Of a DNA stretch of 64,000 nucleotides, positions 27,700-37,145 are shown piece by piece. The DNA lies in IMG/VR virus record IMGVR_UViG_3300025892_002268, positions 32,115 to 96,114 of that record. The stretch is one strand, 5' to 3'. How positions within the stretch are numbered: position 1 is the first letter of the stretch; every line of letters begins with the position of its first letter. The translations under genes were made by a program, and so were the position numbers. This stretch comes from a virus. Below the pieces are notes generated by a model, which saw only the letters and a list, made by a program, of their open reading frames with translations, was not told the DNA's origin and ran no database searches.

Positions 27700-29169
27700 G
27701 TGGAAGAAAAGTTATTAGACGTTGGTGCTGAGAGAGCAGTCCTTTCTGGATTATTACAGCATGGCATTGATGGATACATAAATGTTGATGGATTTATAAC
27801 TAGAGATAGCTTTGTGCATGTAAATAATAAAATGATATTTGCATGTATAGAAGATGTAATATCTAATGATCAGACTCCAGACATATCTACTATACTGGCA
27901 TCAGCAGAAAAGTTAAAAGTAGTAGAGCAACTAAGCACAAAGCAAGAGCTAAAGTATTTACAGACTCTATATGACTTTCCCATAATGGTGGAAAACATAC
28001 TTGGTTTCGCTATTCAAATTAAGAAGTTTGAATTTGCCAGAAACATAAGGAAGCTAACAGATAAAGTACATAGTGATGTAGGAAAGATTGATGGAACCGA
28101 AAGTGTAGATGAAATTATTAGGATTCTAGAAGATCCAGTAACAGATTTTTTAAGAGAAGACGATGGTGGAGAGAATCCAGAAAAAATTGGAGAGGGTATA
28201 GAGGATTATGTCAAATTTTTGGAAGAAAACAAATGTGATATTATTGGTATACCAACGGGATTCTCGCGCTACGATGAAGCCATTGGTGGTGGTTTGCGAC
28301 GTAAGTGCGTTGACCTTGTTTCTGCAAGACCAAAAGTTGGTAAGTCGGTATTTGCTGACAACGTTGCCCTCAACGTATCTAAGTTAAAGATTCCAGTGTT
28401 AGTACTAGATACGGAAATGTCTAAAGAAGATCACCTTAATAGACTCATAGCAAATATTAGTGGAGTGCCGATCAATGAGGTAGCTACTGGAAAATTTGTG
28501 GATGAAGAATCAAAAAGAGATAGAGTACAAGAAGCTGTTAAGGAAATAGATTCTATACCGTATAGTTATGTCAGTGTTGCTGGTAAGCCGTTTGAACAAA
28601 TACTAAACATGATCAGAAGATGGGTAGTGCAAGAAGTAAAAACAGATGAGAACGGTAAAACGAATGAATGCTTAATCATCTATGATTATTTAAAGCTAAT
28701 GTCATCTTCATCAATTACAAACAACATTCAGGAATATCAAGCACTAGGATTTCAAATTACATCTCTTCATAATTTATGCGTTAAGTTAGATGTACCTTGT
28801 CTATCCTTCGTGCAATTAAATCGTGATGGAATAAGCAAGGAAAGCACAGATGCAGTAAGTGGATCAGATAGGCTTATCTGGTTATGTACTTCATTCAGTA
28901 TTTTTAAAGCAAAGTCTCCAGAAGAGTTAGCAGAGGATGGTCCAACTTCAGGAAACAGAAAGTTAGTACCCATTGTTAGTCGTCATGGAGCGGGAATGGA
29001 TGACGGAGACTATATCAATATGCAGATGATAGGTTCACACGCAAAACTGTTAGAGCTGCAAACCAGAAACGAAATTAAAAATTCTCCCGTAGGAGATACT
29101 GGATTAATTAACAATATGGACAAGGTGAAAGATGAACTTGAAGCAACTGAAGACTCATCTGAACAATAA
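27700..29169 (+). CDS. dnaB: DnaB-like replicative helicase
   Basis: AERAVL, GIPTGF, SARPKVGKS, DTEMS, IIYDYLKLM, QLNR. Confidence 0.92.
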   Translation: MEEKLLDVGAERAVLSGLLQHGIDGYINVDGFITRDSFVHVNNKMIFACIEDVISNDQTPDISTILASAEKLKVVEQLSTKQELKYLQTLYDFPIMVENILGFAIQIKKFEFARNIRKLTDKVHSDVGKIDGTESVDEIIRILEDPVTDFLREDDGGENPEKIGEGIEDYVKFLEENKCDIIGIPTGFSRYDEAIGGGLRRKCVDLVSARPKVGKSVFADNVALNVSKLKIPVLVLDTEMSKEDHLNRLIANISGVPINEVATGKFVDEESKRDRVQEAVKEIDSIPYSYVSVAGKPFEQILNMIRRWVVQEVKTDENGKTNECLIIYDYLKLMSSSSITNNIQEYQALGFQITSLHNLCVKLDVPCLSFVQLNRDGISKESTDAVSGSDRLIWLCTSFSIFKAKSPEELAEDGPTSGNRKLVPIVSRHGAGMDDGDYINMQMIGSHAKLLELQTRNEIKNSPVGDTGLINNMDKVKDELEATEDSSEQ

Positions 29170-30148
29170 CGCAGAGTTAGTGTTTGAAAAATTAAATATG
29201 AAGTGTGAGTCATTTAATAATAATATATACTCAACTTGTCCTATTCATGAAGACAGTGATAATCCTAGAGCTTTTTCTTTTTGTCCAGAGAGAGGCATTT
29301 GGAAGTGCTGGACTAGAGACTGTCAGGAAGAACATAGCAACGATATATTTGGATTAATTTTAGGAGTATTATCTAAAAAACGTGGTGAGGATTTAGAGTT
29401 TAAAGATGTCCTCAAGTGGGTTACTCAGGAGTTTAGCGTATACACAACACAAGGTCCAATAAATCAAGAGGTGTTGGACGAGGATTATTTTTCTTATATT
29501 ACAAAACATATAAACATTAAGCAAAGAACTAATATAGATAAAGAGGTTGAGCTAAATTTTTCAGCTAATGTTCCTTCAGATTATTTTTATGATAGAGGCT
29601 TTAAAAAATCTACTCTTAAATATTTTTCTGTGGGAGATTCCAGCGAAACAGGTATAATGAAATATAGATCGGTAATACCAATACATAATGATGATGGCTC
29701 TAAGGTGGTTGCTGCCATAGGTCGATCAGTAAAAGAGTACAGACAACCTAAGTTTTTATTCTATCCTACTGGTTTCAACAAAAGGTTTTATTTATATAAT
29801 TATCATAATGCAATCAAGACGGCTTATAAAACTTCATGCTTGTATATACTAGAAGGTCAAGGAGACGTTTGGAGAATGCACGAAGCAGGAGTCCAGAATG
29901 CTGTAAGTATATTTGGTAAGAATATTTCGCAAGAACAAATGAATAAAATAACTAAGCTTCCAGTTACTAGGTTAATTATATTAACAGACAATGACCAAGC
30001 TGGAAGAGAATCCAAGGTAGAAATACAAAGAAAGCTTTCTCGTATGTACAAGCTTACTTTTCCTCAATTGTTACAGAAAGACGTTGGAGACATGAGCGTT
30101 AAAGAAATCAAAAAAACATTATTAAGTAGCCTAGAAGGAACATATTAA
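29132..30148 (+). CDS. dnaG: DNA primase (zinc finger + TOPRIM)
   Basis: CPIHEDSDNPRAF...WKCWT..C; IPIHN...GR; EGQGDV; LTDNDQAG; KDVGD. Confidence 0.9.
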   Translation: MNLKQLKTHLNNNAELVFEKLNMKCESFNNNIYSTCPIHEDSDNPRAFSFCPERGIWKCWTRDCQEEHSNDIFGLILGVLSKKRGEDLEFKDVLKWVTQEFSVYTTQGPINQEVLDEDYFSYITKHINIKQRTNIDKEVELNFSANVPSDYFYDRGFKKSTLKYFSVGDSSETGIMKYRSVIPIHNDDGSKVVAAIGRSVKEYRQPKFLFYPTGFNKRFYLYNYHNAIKTAYKTSCLYILEGQGDVWRMHEAGVQNAVSIFGKNISQEQMNKITKLPVTRLIILTDNDQAGRESKVEIQRKLSRMYKLTFPQLLQKDVGDMSVKEIKKTLLSSLEGTY

Positions 30149-30849
30149 TGAATAAAATAATTGGAATATCTGGAAGAAAGCAATCTGGAAAAAATACAGT
30201 AGGCAATATTATCAATGGTATTGTTTTACAGAGTCTAAACATGATTCAAGACTATAGTATTGACGATTTAGGAAATTTGCAAATTAAAACAGCAACCTCT
30301 AATGGGGATATTGGGTGGGGGATATTTGATGTGCTTAGACGTGATGAAGAGTTTACTTCATATGCAGAGTCAAACCTCTGGCCTTATATTAAAGTTTATC
30401 ACTTTGCAGATTACCTAAAGAAAATGAGCATAGATTTATTCGATCTAACTCCAAGTCAAGTTTACGGAACAGACGAAGATAAAAACACAGAGACACCATA
30501 CGGTAAGACCGCAAGAGAGTTTTTACAGTATCTAGGTACAGATGTTATGCGTAATATTAAAGATACGATATGGGTAGATTATACAATCAAAACAATACAA
30601 GATGAAAGTTCTTCAGTTGCTATAATACCAGATGTAAGATTTCCTAACGAGGTAGAAGCCATACAGAAAGCTGGAGGAATAGTATTAAGATTGAGTAGAA
30701 ATCCTTTCAATTCTGATCATTTGTGTGAGTCAGCGTTGGATAAAGGTAACTATAATTGGGATAATTTCGATGAAGTTATTGACAATGAAGACTTGACAAT
30801 CGTAGACCTTGTACAAAAAATAGAAACCTTTAAATGGATTTGGAGCTAA
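30148..30849 (+). CDS. deoxynucleoside monophosphate kinase
   Basis: IIGISGRKQSGK, FADYLK, REFLQYLGTDVMR, IPDVRFPNE. Confidence 0.88.
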   Translation: MNKIIGISGRKQSGKNTVGNIINGIVLQSLNMIQDYSIDDLGNLQIKTATSNGDIGWGIFDVLRRDEEFTSYAESNLWPYIKVYHFADYLKKMSIDLFDLTPSQVYGTDEDKNTETPYGKTAREFLQYLGTDVMRNIKDTIWVDYTIKTIQDESSSVAIIPDVRFPNEVEAIQKAGGIVLRLSRNPFNSDHLCESALDKGNYNWDNFDEVIDNEDLTIVDLVQKIETFKWIWS

Positions 30850-30853
30850 AAAT

Positions 30854-31879
30854 ATGTTAGTTACTTATATAAGGTCATCTAGTTATAATAATTATGCATA
30901 TTGTCAAATGCAATACTTTATAACTTATGTTCTTGGATATCAAACTCTTAGTGGTAAAAAAGCAGTGCAAGGCACTATAGTGCATAAAGTACTAGAGGTA
31001 TTGGCTAGTCTACAGCTAGCAAAACAAAACGCTGGAAAGAAAAGAAAGCTAGTAATAAAGGATGACATGCTAGGAGATCTTTCTATTAACAAATCTCATT
31101 TAGACACTTACGATATAGTAAATGAATTGCTTGAGCAGAGTTTTGATAGCTATGCAGAACAAGAGAACCATCATGAATGGCTCAAAAAAGATAGAGAAGA
31201 ATGTAGAAAGTGGACTTGGCAAGCAATACAGTGGAATGATGGTCAGTTTGACCCAAGGAATAGGAACATAGTTGCTCCAGAACCACATTTTGATATACCT
31301 ATTGACGAGGATTGGGCCAAATTTAAGTACAAAATGCCCAACGGTGAAGAGGTTGAAGGACAGTTAGCTATTAAAGGTACGATTGACCTAGTTACACAGA
31401 CGGATGATGACACAATAGAGGTAGTCGATTGGAAGACGGGGCGAAGAATTGATTGGGCAACAGGAGAAGAAAAGACTTATGAAAAACTGCTATCTGATCC
31501 ACAGTTATTACTATATAATTATGCAATATCTAAGCTATTTCCTCAATATAAACAAGCAATTATGACCATCTTCTTTATTAAGGATGGTGGTCCATTCTCT
31601 ATGTGTTTTGATAGATCAGATCATGATAAATTCTTAGAAATGCTCAAAGATCGTTTTCAAAAAATCCAGCAAAATGTGTCCCCAGCACCCATTTCTAGCA
31701 CCAGAAGTAGCTTTAAATGTACAAAACTCTGCCATTATTACAAAAACAATTGGCCCGGAACAGACCAAAATATGTGTATGTATATAGAGAAGCATCTCAA
31801 AGAGAATGGTATGGATAAAACCATAAAAGACTGTACTAGAGAAGGATTTGACATAGGATTTTACGAGGCTCCCGGATAA
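30854..31879 (+). CDS. Cas4/AddB-like PD-(D/E)XK exonuclease with probable Fe-S cluster
   Basis: CQMQY, GTIVHKVLE, KGTIDLV, VVDWKTG, QLLLY, CTKLC...C. Confidence 0.85.
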   Translation: MLVTYIRSSSYNNYAYCQMQYFITYVLGYQTLSGKKAVQGTIVHKVLEVLASLQLAKQNAGKKRKLVIKDDMLGDLSINKSHLDTYDIVNELLEQSFDSYAEQENHHEWLKKDREECRKWTWQAIQWNDGQFDPRNRNIVAPEPHFDIPIDEDWAKFKYKMPNGEEVEGQLAIKGTIDLVTQTDDDTIEVVDWKTGRRIDWATGEEKTYEKLLSDPQLLLYNYAISKLFPQYKQAIMTIFFIKDGGPFSMCFDRSDHDKFLEMLKDRFQKIQQNVSPAPISSTRSSFKCTKLCHYYKNNWPGTDQNMCMYIEKHLKENGMDKTIKDCTREGFDIGFYEAPG

Positions 31880-31880
31880 T

Positions 31881-32735
31881 ATGAAAAAAATAATAACGCT
31901 AGGTATGGCGACATATGACGATCATGATGGAGTATTTTTTAGTATACAAGCATTACGCATGTACCATGAAATATTTAATACTGATCAAACAGAGATAATT
32001 TTAGTAGATAATAATCCAGATTCGCCTCATGGTAAAGCTAATGAAAAGTTTATGAAGTGGATTAAAAATGGAATATACATACCATACACACTAAAGAAAA
32101 GCACGGCTGTCAGAAATGAAATTTTTAGACAATCTAAGAGTAAATATACCATCTCTATGGATTGTCATGTATTAATATTTAACGGAGCTATATCGTCACT
32201 ATTAGAATATTATTCCAAGAATCCAGACTGTAAAGATATAATAACTGGACCATTAGTATATGATGGTTTAGACACTAAAAATCCTTCAACACATTTCAAA
32301 CCGGGATGGTCTTCTGGAATGTGGGGCACTTGGGATACAAACCATGAAGCGTTACGAAAGGGAGATCCATTTGAAATACCCATGCAGGGGTGTGGACTAT
32401 TCTCATGCGAAACAAAAAATTGGGTTGGTTTTAATAAAAAATTCAAAGGATTTGGTGGAGAAGAAGGATATATACATGAAAAGTTTAGACAGTTTGGTGG
32501 TAAAGCAATTTGTTTACCTGAACTCAAATGGATGCATAGATTCTCTAGACCTCAAGGTGTACCGTATCCACTGATTCTAGAGGACAGAATATGGAATTAT
32601 TTTATAGGATGGTTAGAGCTAACGCAAGATCCAGAACACGAAATGATAACAGGCGCTTACGAACATTTTAAAGAAAAAATTCCTCCCGGCAGCATTGATT
32701 ACTTACTTAATTCTGCTATCAAACAAACTTTATAA
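31881..32735 (+). CDS. GT2 (GT-A) glycosyltransferase
   Basis: ITLGMATY, EIILVDN, RN, SMDCHV, GFGGEE. Confidence 0.85.
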   Translation: MKKIITLGMATYDDHDGVFFSIQALRMYHEIFNTDQTEIILVDNNPDSPHGKANEKFMKWIKNGIYIPYTLKKSTAVRNEIFRQSKSKYTISMDCHVLIFNGAISSLLEYYSKNPDCKDIITGPLVYDGLDTKNPSTHFKPGWSSGMWGTWDTNHEALRKGDPFEIPMQGCGLFSCETKNWVGFNKKFKGFGGEEGYIHEKFRQFGGKAICLPELKWMHRFSRPQGVPYPLILEDRIWNYFIGWLELTQDPEHEMITGAYEHFKEKIPPGSIDYLLNSAIKQTL

Positions 32736-32745
32736 GGAGACTATT

Positions 32746-33375
32746 ATGTCTTATGTAGAAGAAGCTGACGAAGAGTATAATTTTCAAACTTATGGGTCTA
32801 CAGAAGAACTGACAGAAGAAAATTTTTATCTTCCATCAGAAGCAGAGTACGAAGACTTTGGAGAAGAAGTAGAAGAATACGATGCTGCTTCGTTGTGGGA
32901 GAATATTCGCAAGAAGAAGGAACGAGAAGGTAAGAATTACAAGCCAGCCAAGAAGGGTGATAAAGATAGGCCAGATCCAGACGCTTGGAAAAAGGCACAA
33001 TCAGAACCTTCTGATAAACAAAAAAAATCTCTTGATGTAAACAACGATGGCAAAGTAAGTAAAGAAGACTTTGAAATATTACGTAAGAAAAAAAATAAAG
33101 AATCAGATGGGTGTGGATGTAAGGGTATGGCAGCAGAATATCAGGGCAGAAAAGTTAAGCTTGGAAAGCCATTCTTAACTCCAGATGGGCCTAAGAAAAG
33201 AAGCGTTTATGTCAAAAATGGATCTGGCAATGTTGTTAAAGTAAACTTTGGCGATCCTAACATGTCTATCAAGAAGGATAATCCAGCAAGAAGAAAGTCT
33301 TTTAGAGCTAGACATAACTGTGCGAACCCCGGTCCAAAATGGAAGGCTCGTTATTGGTCTTGCAAGGCGTGGTAA
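32746..33375 (+). CDS. modular protein with EF-hand-like motif and a conserved basic C-terminal domain
   Basis: SD AAGGAG; acidic N-terminus; DVNNDGKVSKEDF; EYQGRKVKLGKP...VKVNFGD...RRKSFRARHNC...RYWSCKAW. Confidence 0.7.
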   Translation: MSYVEEADEEYNFQTYGSTEELTEENFYLPSEAEYEDFGEEVEEYDAASLWENIRKKKEREGKNYKPAKKGDKDRPDPDAWKKAQSEPSDKQKKSLDVNNDGKVSKEDFEILRKKKNKESDGCGCKGMAAEYQGRKVKLGKPFLTPDGPKKRSVYVKNGSGNVVKVNFGDPNMSIKKDNPARRKSFRARHNCANPGPKWKARYWSCKAW

Positions 33376-33376
33376 T

Positions 33377-33598
33377 ATGGAACTCAAGAAAAAATGGAAT
33401 AATCATTTAGATGAAAACAACATGACTTATTGGCAACATTTTAGATTTGCTGTATATCATGGGTTAATATGTATAAGAGCTGGTGTATATCTATGTATAC
33501 ATGGTTTTTTACCATGCTTTAGACGTAGAGCGGGCACTAGGTTAGTTCAAAGATTAGACAAAGTATTTACTGAGAGAGAATATGAGCTTAATAAATAA
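33377..33598 (+). CDS. DUF6356-like small protein
   Basis: HLDENNMTYWQHFRFA...IHGFLP. Confidence 0.6.
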   Translation: MELKKKWNNHLDENNMTYWQHFRFAVYHGLICIRAGVYLCIHGFLPCFRRRAGTRLVQRLDKVFTEREYELNK

Positions 33599-34268
33599 AG
33601 TAGCAGCAATTATAGATTCCAAAAAGCCTATAGACGAGGTAACTTACTTAGAAAAAAGAGTAAGATACGATGATACTATATCAATATTAGATATAGATCT
33701 AAAAACAATCATACCTGCACCAGCTAAAAACAGTAGTCTAACTACAGTAAAAGAGCTGAGTGAAATATCCAGACTTGCAAAGATCAGAACTAATAAAGAA
33801 ATTGATTTAATAAGGTCTGTTGACAGAGACCCGCTTGAGCTTTACTTAGTATTACTAAAGAAAAACGGCCTAGTTTTTCCACAGGCTTTGTTTAATGATT
33901 ATTATAATATTGTAGAGCAGTATATGTACGCTCTAAAGTTTTACTATAATAGAGCTAGACCAGAACAATTAGCTCCTTATTTTAATTTAGACATAGATGT
34001 TTTGTATACTGAAACTCATCACACTCCATCATATCCTAGTGGTCATATGATGTATTCCGAGTTAGTTGCTCATGTTCTTTCAGATAAATATCCAGAGTTT
34101 AAAGATAAGTTTTTTGAGTTGTCTAATTACTGTGGATATGCTAGAATATTACAGGGCGTTCACTACGCTAGTGACAACAAAGCTTCAAAGATTGTTGTTG
34201 AAAAGTTATATAATCTGATAAAAGGAATCTCAGATGACAAAGAAGATAAAAAGTTATCCATTAACTGA
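33582..34268 (+). CDS. PAP2/acid phosphatase (haloperoxidase-like) family protein
   Basis: KFYYNRARP, PSYPSGH, RILQGVHYASD. Confidence 0.88.
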   Translation: MSLINKVAAIIDSKKPIDEVTYLEKRVRYDDTISILDIDLKTIIPAPAKNSSLTTVKELSEISRLAKIRTNKEIDLIRSVDRDPLELYLVLLKKNGLVFPQALFNDYYNIVEQYMYALKFYYNRARPEQLAPYFNLDIDVLYTETHHTPSYPSGHMMYSELVAHVLSDKYPEFKDKFFELSNYCGYARILQGVHYASDNKASKIVVEKLYNLIKGISDDKEDKKLSIN

Positions 34269-34332
34269 TGCTCCAAGACCTAAAGAGCCTGTTAAAAGAC
34301 CTTTGCCCCCCAATCCCAATAAAGTTGATTGA
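34234..34332 (+). CDS. Pro-rich basic micro-ORF (32 aa)
   Basis: SD AAAGGA; MTKKIKSYPLTDAPRPKEPVKRPLPPNPNKVD. Confidence 0.4.
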   Translation: MTKKIKSYPLTDAPRPKEPVKRPLPPNPNKVD

Positions 34333-34339
34333 TTAGTAG

Positions 34340-34367
34340 TTGCGTTTAGCCGGATGTGTCGTACTAT
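34340..34367 (+). promoter_or_regulatory. putative sigma70-type promoter for the polymerase cluster
   Basis: TTGCGT-N16-TACTAT, same spacing as the 4569 promoter; upstream of SD AAGGAG and the TTG start at 34426. Confidence 0.45.
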
Positions 34368-34425
34368 AAATACTACGCTTATTCCGTATCGTTGCTATAC
34401 TTTGAAATAATTTAAGGAGAAAATA

Positions 34426-35991
34426 TTGAACTGGTTTCCGTTGCATAATTTTACACATTATAGTTTGTTAAAAGGCTTCTCAAAGCCTCATGAGTTAGCA
34501 AAAATTTGTTCTGATAATAACTATCCAGCGTGTGGAATTTCAGATTACAAGACTATTTCTGGATGCGTTTCCTTCTATCAAGCTTGTAAAAAGGTTGGCA
34601 TAAAGCCAATTCTTGGCTGTACATTCGACAATTCTACTGTATATGCCAAGAATAAAAAGGGGTGGAATGATCTTATCGAAATGGTTTCTTGTCTTGATGA
34701 AAATAGCGATCTATCAAATAAGATAGCTAAGGATATTATATCTAGAGACAATCTTATATTGTTAAATAAACCATCTTCAGTCTCTTACTACGTTCAATCA
34801 AAACATGCTGAACTTCACAGGATTCTCATGTGTTCAGAGCTTAAGACCACTCTTCCCAAGGTGCAAAAAAAACTTCGTAAAAATGAGCTGCCTAAAGAAA
34901 TCTCTTCTTTTTTTACAAAAAGTGACAAGTGCATACGGTCAGATGTCATGACAAAAGAATTAGAGAGTATTTATGAACAATGCGAAGAATATAATATACT
35001 CAACGCACCAATGTTACCTAAGTTTTCATGTCCAAACGACATGTCAGAAGAAGAATATCTTAAAGTATTAGCAAGAGAAGGTTGGAGAAAATTACTCATT
35101 AACACGGGGAAAGTAAACCAAGAAGAATCAAAGAATAAATACTTAGACAGATTCAATTCAGAGTTACAAGTAATTAAAGATGCTAATTTATTTGGATATT
35201 TTCTTATAGTGCAGGATATTATAAGGCACATAGAAAAAGACATGGGTTGTTTAGCTGGTCCGGGCAGAGGATCAGCAGCTGGATGCTTAATATCATACTT
35301 GATTGGCGTTACTAAGATTGACCCTGTAGAACATGATTTACTTTTTGAACGTTTCTATAACGCTGGTAGAAATACAGGCGGTCATGTATCCTTGCCAGAT
35401 ATCGACATGGATGTTCCGGGTAAAAAGAGAGATGATGTTATTGATTATCTAAAAAATAAATACGGTAAAGATCATGTTAGTCAGATGATTACATTTGGCA
35501 GACTTCAAGGACGTAGCGCAATTAAAGAAGTGCTTCGTATAAATGATGCTTGTTCTTTTAGTGAAATGAACGCTATAACAAAAAGTGTACCTAACGAGGC
35601 AGAAATCTCTGACCAGCTCGCAGAAATGGATGAAGAGGACAGATCTATAATCAGATGGTCTTTAATAAATCGTCCTGATGAACTTAGAGATTTTTGCCAC
35701 ATAACAGATAGCGGAAAGCTAGAAGGTGATTACGCAGAGTATTTTGAACAAGCTATTAATATGGAAGGAACGTTTAAGACTCAAGGTAAACACGCTGCTG
35801 GGGTTGTTATATCTAAAGAACCACTGCACACAGTTTGTCCAATGGTAAAACAGAAAGGCTCTACAGAAAAAATTGCAGGACTAGAAATGACAGACCTAGA
35901 AGCACTGGGTCATGTAAAATTTGACGTTCTAGGAATTAATCTACTAGATAAATTAATGAAAATTAAGGAATTAACTAATGATAGAGGTTGA
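34426..35991 (+). CDS. dnaE: DNA polymerase III alpha, N-terminal half (shortened PHP + palm/thumb)
   Basis: HNFTHYSLLKG, GIKPILG, GYFLIVQD, GPGRGSAAGCLISYLIG, LLFERF, SLPDIDMD, GKHAAGVVI, KFDVLG; stops right after that motif. Confidence 0.92.
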   Translation: MNWFPLHNFTHYSLLKGFSKPHELAKICSDNNYPACGISDYKTISGCVSFYQACKKVGIKPILGCTFDNSTVYAKNKKGWNDLIEMVSCLDENSDLSNKIAKDIISRDNLILLNKPSSVSYYVQSKHAELHRILMCSELKTTLPKVQKKLRKNELPKEISSFFTKSDKCIRSDVMTKELESIYEQCEEYNILNAPMLPKFSCPNDMSEEEYLKVLAREGWRKLLINTGKVNQEESKNKYLDRFNSELQVIKDANLFGYFLIVQDIIRHIEKDMGCLAGPGRGSAAGCLISYLIGVTKIDPVEHDLLFERFYNAGRNTGGHVSLPDIDMDVPGKKRDDVIDYLKNKYGKDHVSQMITFGRLQGRSAIKEVLRINDACSFSEMNAITKSVPNEAEISDQLAEMDEEDRSIIRWSLINRPDELRDFCHITDSGKLEGDYAEYFEQAINMEGTFKTQGKHAAGVVISKEPLHTVCPMVKQKGSTEKIAGLEMTDLEALGHVKFDVLGINLLDKLMKIKELTNDRG

Positions 35992-36472
35992 AGTTACAGA
36001 TTATATGAGAGTTAAAGCTAGAAGTATGGCAAGAGAACTGGGCAAGCTTAAAAACTCTATAACAAAAGGCGATGGCAACATTGCTGGTTTTATAGGAGAA
36101 TTGATAGCCTTGGATCATCTTGGTGGAGTTCAAGCCAACACTTATGATTTTGATATTGTAAGTGATGGCAAAACATACGATGTGAAAACCAAAAGATGTA
36201 CAAGTCCTCCTAAGCCATATTACGACTGTTCAGTAGCTGCATTCAACACAAAGCAAAGATGTGATATTTATTTTTTTGTAAGAGTACAGTTTCAGGGCGA
36301 CAGACCTGTGAAAGCGTGGGTATTGGGACAAAAAGATAAGGCTGAATATTTTAAGCAAGCTACCAAACTTAAAAAAGGAGAGATAGACCCAAGTAATAAT
36401 TTTACAGTTAAAGCAGACTGCTATAACTTAAGCATAAACAAACTGGAAAGAGTAGAGGAAAAACATGGCTAA
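35978..36472 (+). CDS. putative PD-(D/E)XK restriction-like endonuclease
   Basis: GFIGELIA...YDFDIV...TYDVKTKR pattern (E...D...DxK). Confidence 0.55.
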   Translation: MIEVEVTDYMRVKARSMARELGKLKNSITKGDGNIAGFIGELIALDHLGGVQANTYDFDIVSDGKTYDVKTKRCTSPPKPYYDCSVAAFNTKQRCDIYFFVRVQFQGDRPVKAWVLGQKDKAEYFKQATKLKKGEIDPSNNFTVKADCYNLSINKLERVEEKHG

Positions 36473-37145
36473 TAGAGACTATATCGTATTTGACTTTGAA
36501 ACTGGAAGTAGAAATCCAACCCGAACACAGCCCACACAGCTTGCAGCAGTAGCGCTGGATGGTAGAAATCTTGCCGTTAAAGGCACGTTTAATAGTGAGA
36601 TTAAAGCTATCTTAGACGATGACAAGGCTATCGCTGAAGGTTTAGACCCAATCGAGGATGGTGCTTTAAAAGTTACTGGGAAAACACGATCAGGTATCGG
36701 CAAAGCTCCAGCCCTTAAATCAGTATGGAGTAAATTCATTAAGTTTGTGGACCAATACAATTGGAAAGGCGAACCATTCTTTGCACCAATTCCAGTAGGA
36801 TATAACATCATTGGTTTCGATATGATTATAATTAATAGACTGTGTGAACAGTTTGGTCAGTGGGATAAAACTAGACAGCAACAAAAACTATTTAGCAAGG
36901 TGTACAAAGTTGACCTTATGGATAATATGTTTATGTGGACAGAGGGTGATCCAAGCGTAAGGTCTATAAGCATGGATACTCTAAGAGAGCGTATGGGTCT
37001 GTCAACTGAGAATGCTCACGACGCACTACAAGACGTTAAAGACACTTCTAATATATTCATAAAACTGCTGAAGACTCACAGAGCAGTCTACCAAAACATT
37101 GAACTAGACAAGGCATTTGCAAATGGAAACCTATACGTCAAATGA
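36465..37145 (+). CDS. dnaQ: DEDDh 3'-5' exonuclease (DnaQ/epsilon-like)
   Basis: VFDFETG (ExoI), GYNIIGFD (ExoII), AHDALQDV (ExoIII). Confidence 0.88.
   Translation: MANRDYIVFDFETGSRNPTRTQPTQLAAVALDGRNLAVKGTFNSEIKAILDDDKAIAEGLDPIEDGALKVTGKTRSGIGKAPALKSVWSKFIKFVDQYNWKGEPFFAPIPVGYNIIGFDMIIINRLCEQFGQWDKTRQQQKLFSKVYKVDLMDNMFMWTEGDPSVRSISMDTLRERMGLSTENAHDALQDVKDTSNIFIKLLKTHRAVYQNIELDKAFANGNLYVK

Noticed and set aside
30854-31879. CRISPR-Cas system suggested by the Cas4-like gene
   Set aside because: No repeat-spacer array or other cas genes; solo Cas4-like nucleases are common in phage replication modules.
34365-34372. T4-type late promoter TATAAATA
   Set aside because: Single intergenic instance, upstream of a replication gene and overlapping a plausible sigma70 -10; not seen before structural genes.
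35992-37122. Group I/II intron or split intein interrupting dnaE
   Set aside because: The interval is filled by two overlapping ORFs with no non-coding room for a ribozyme core, and no intein blocks are present on either half.
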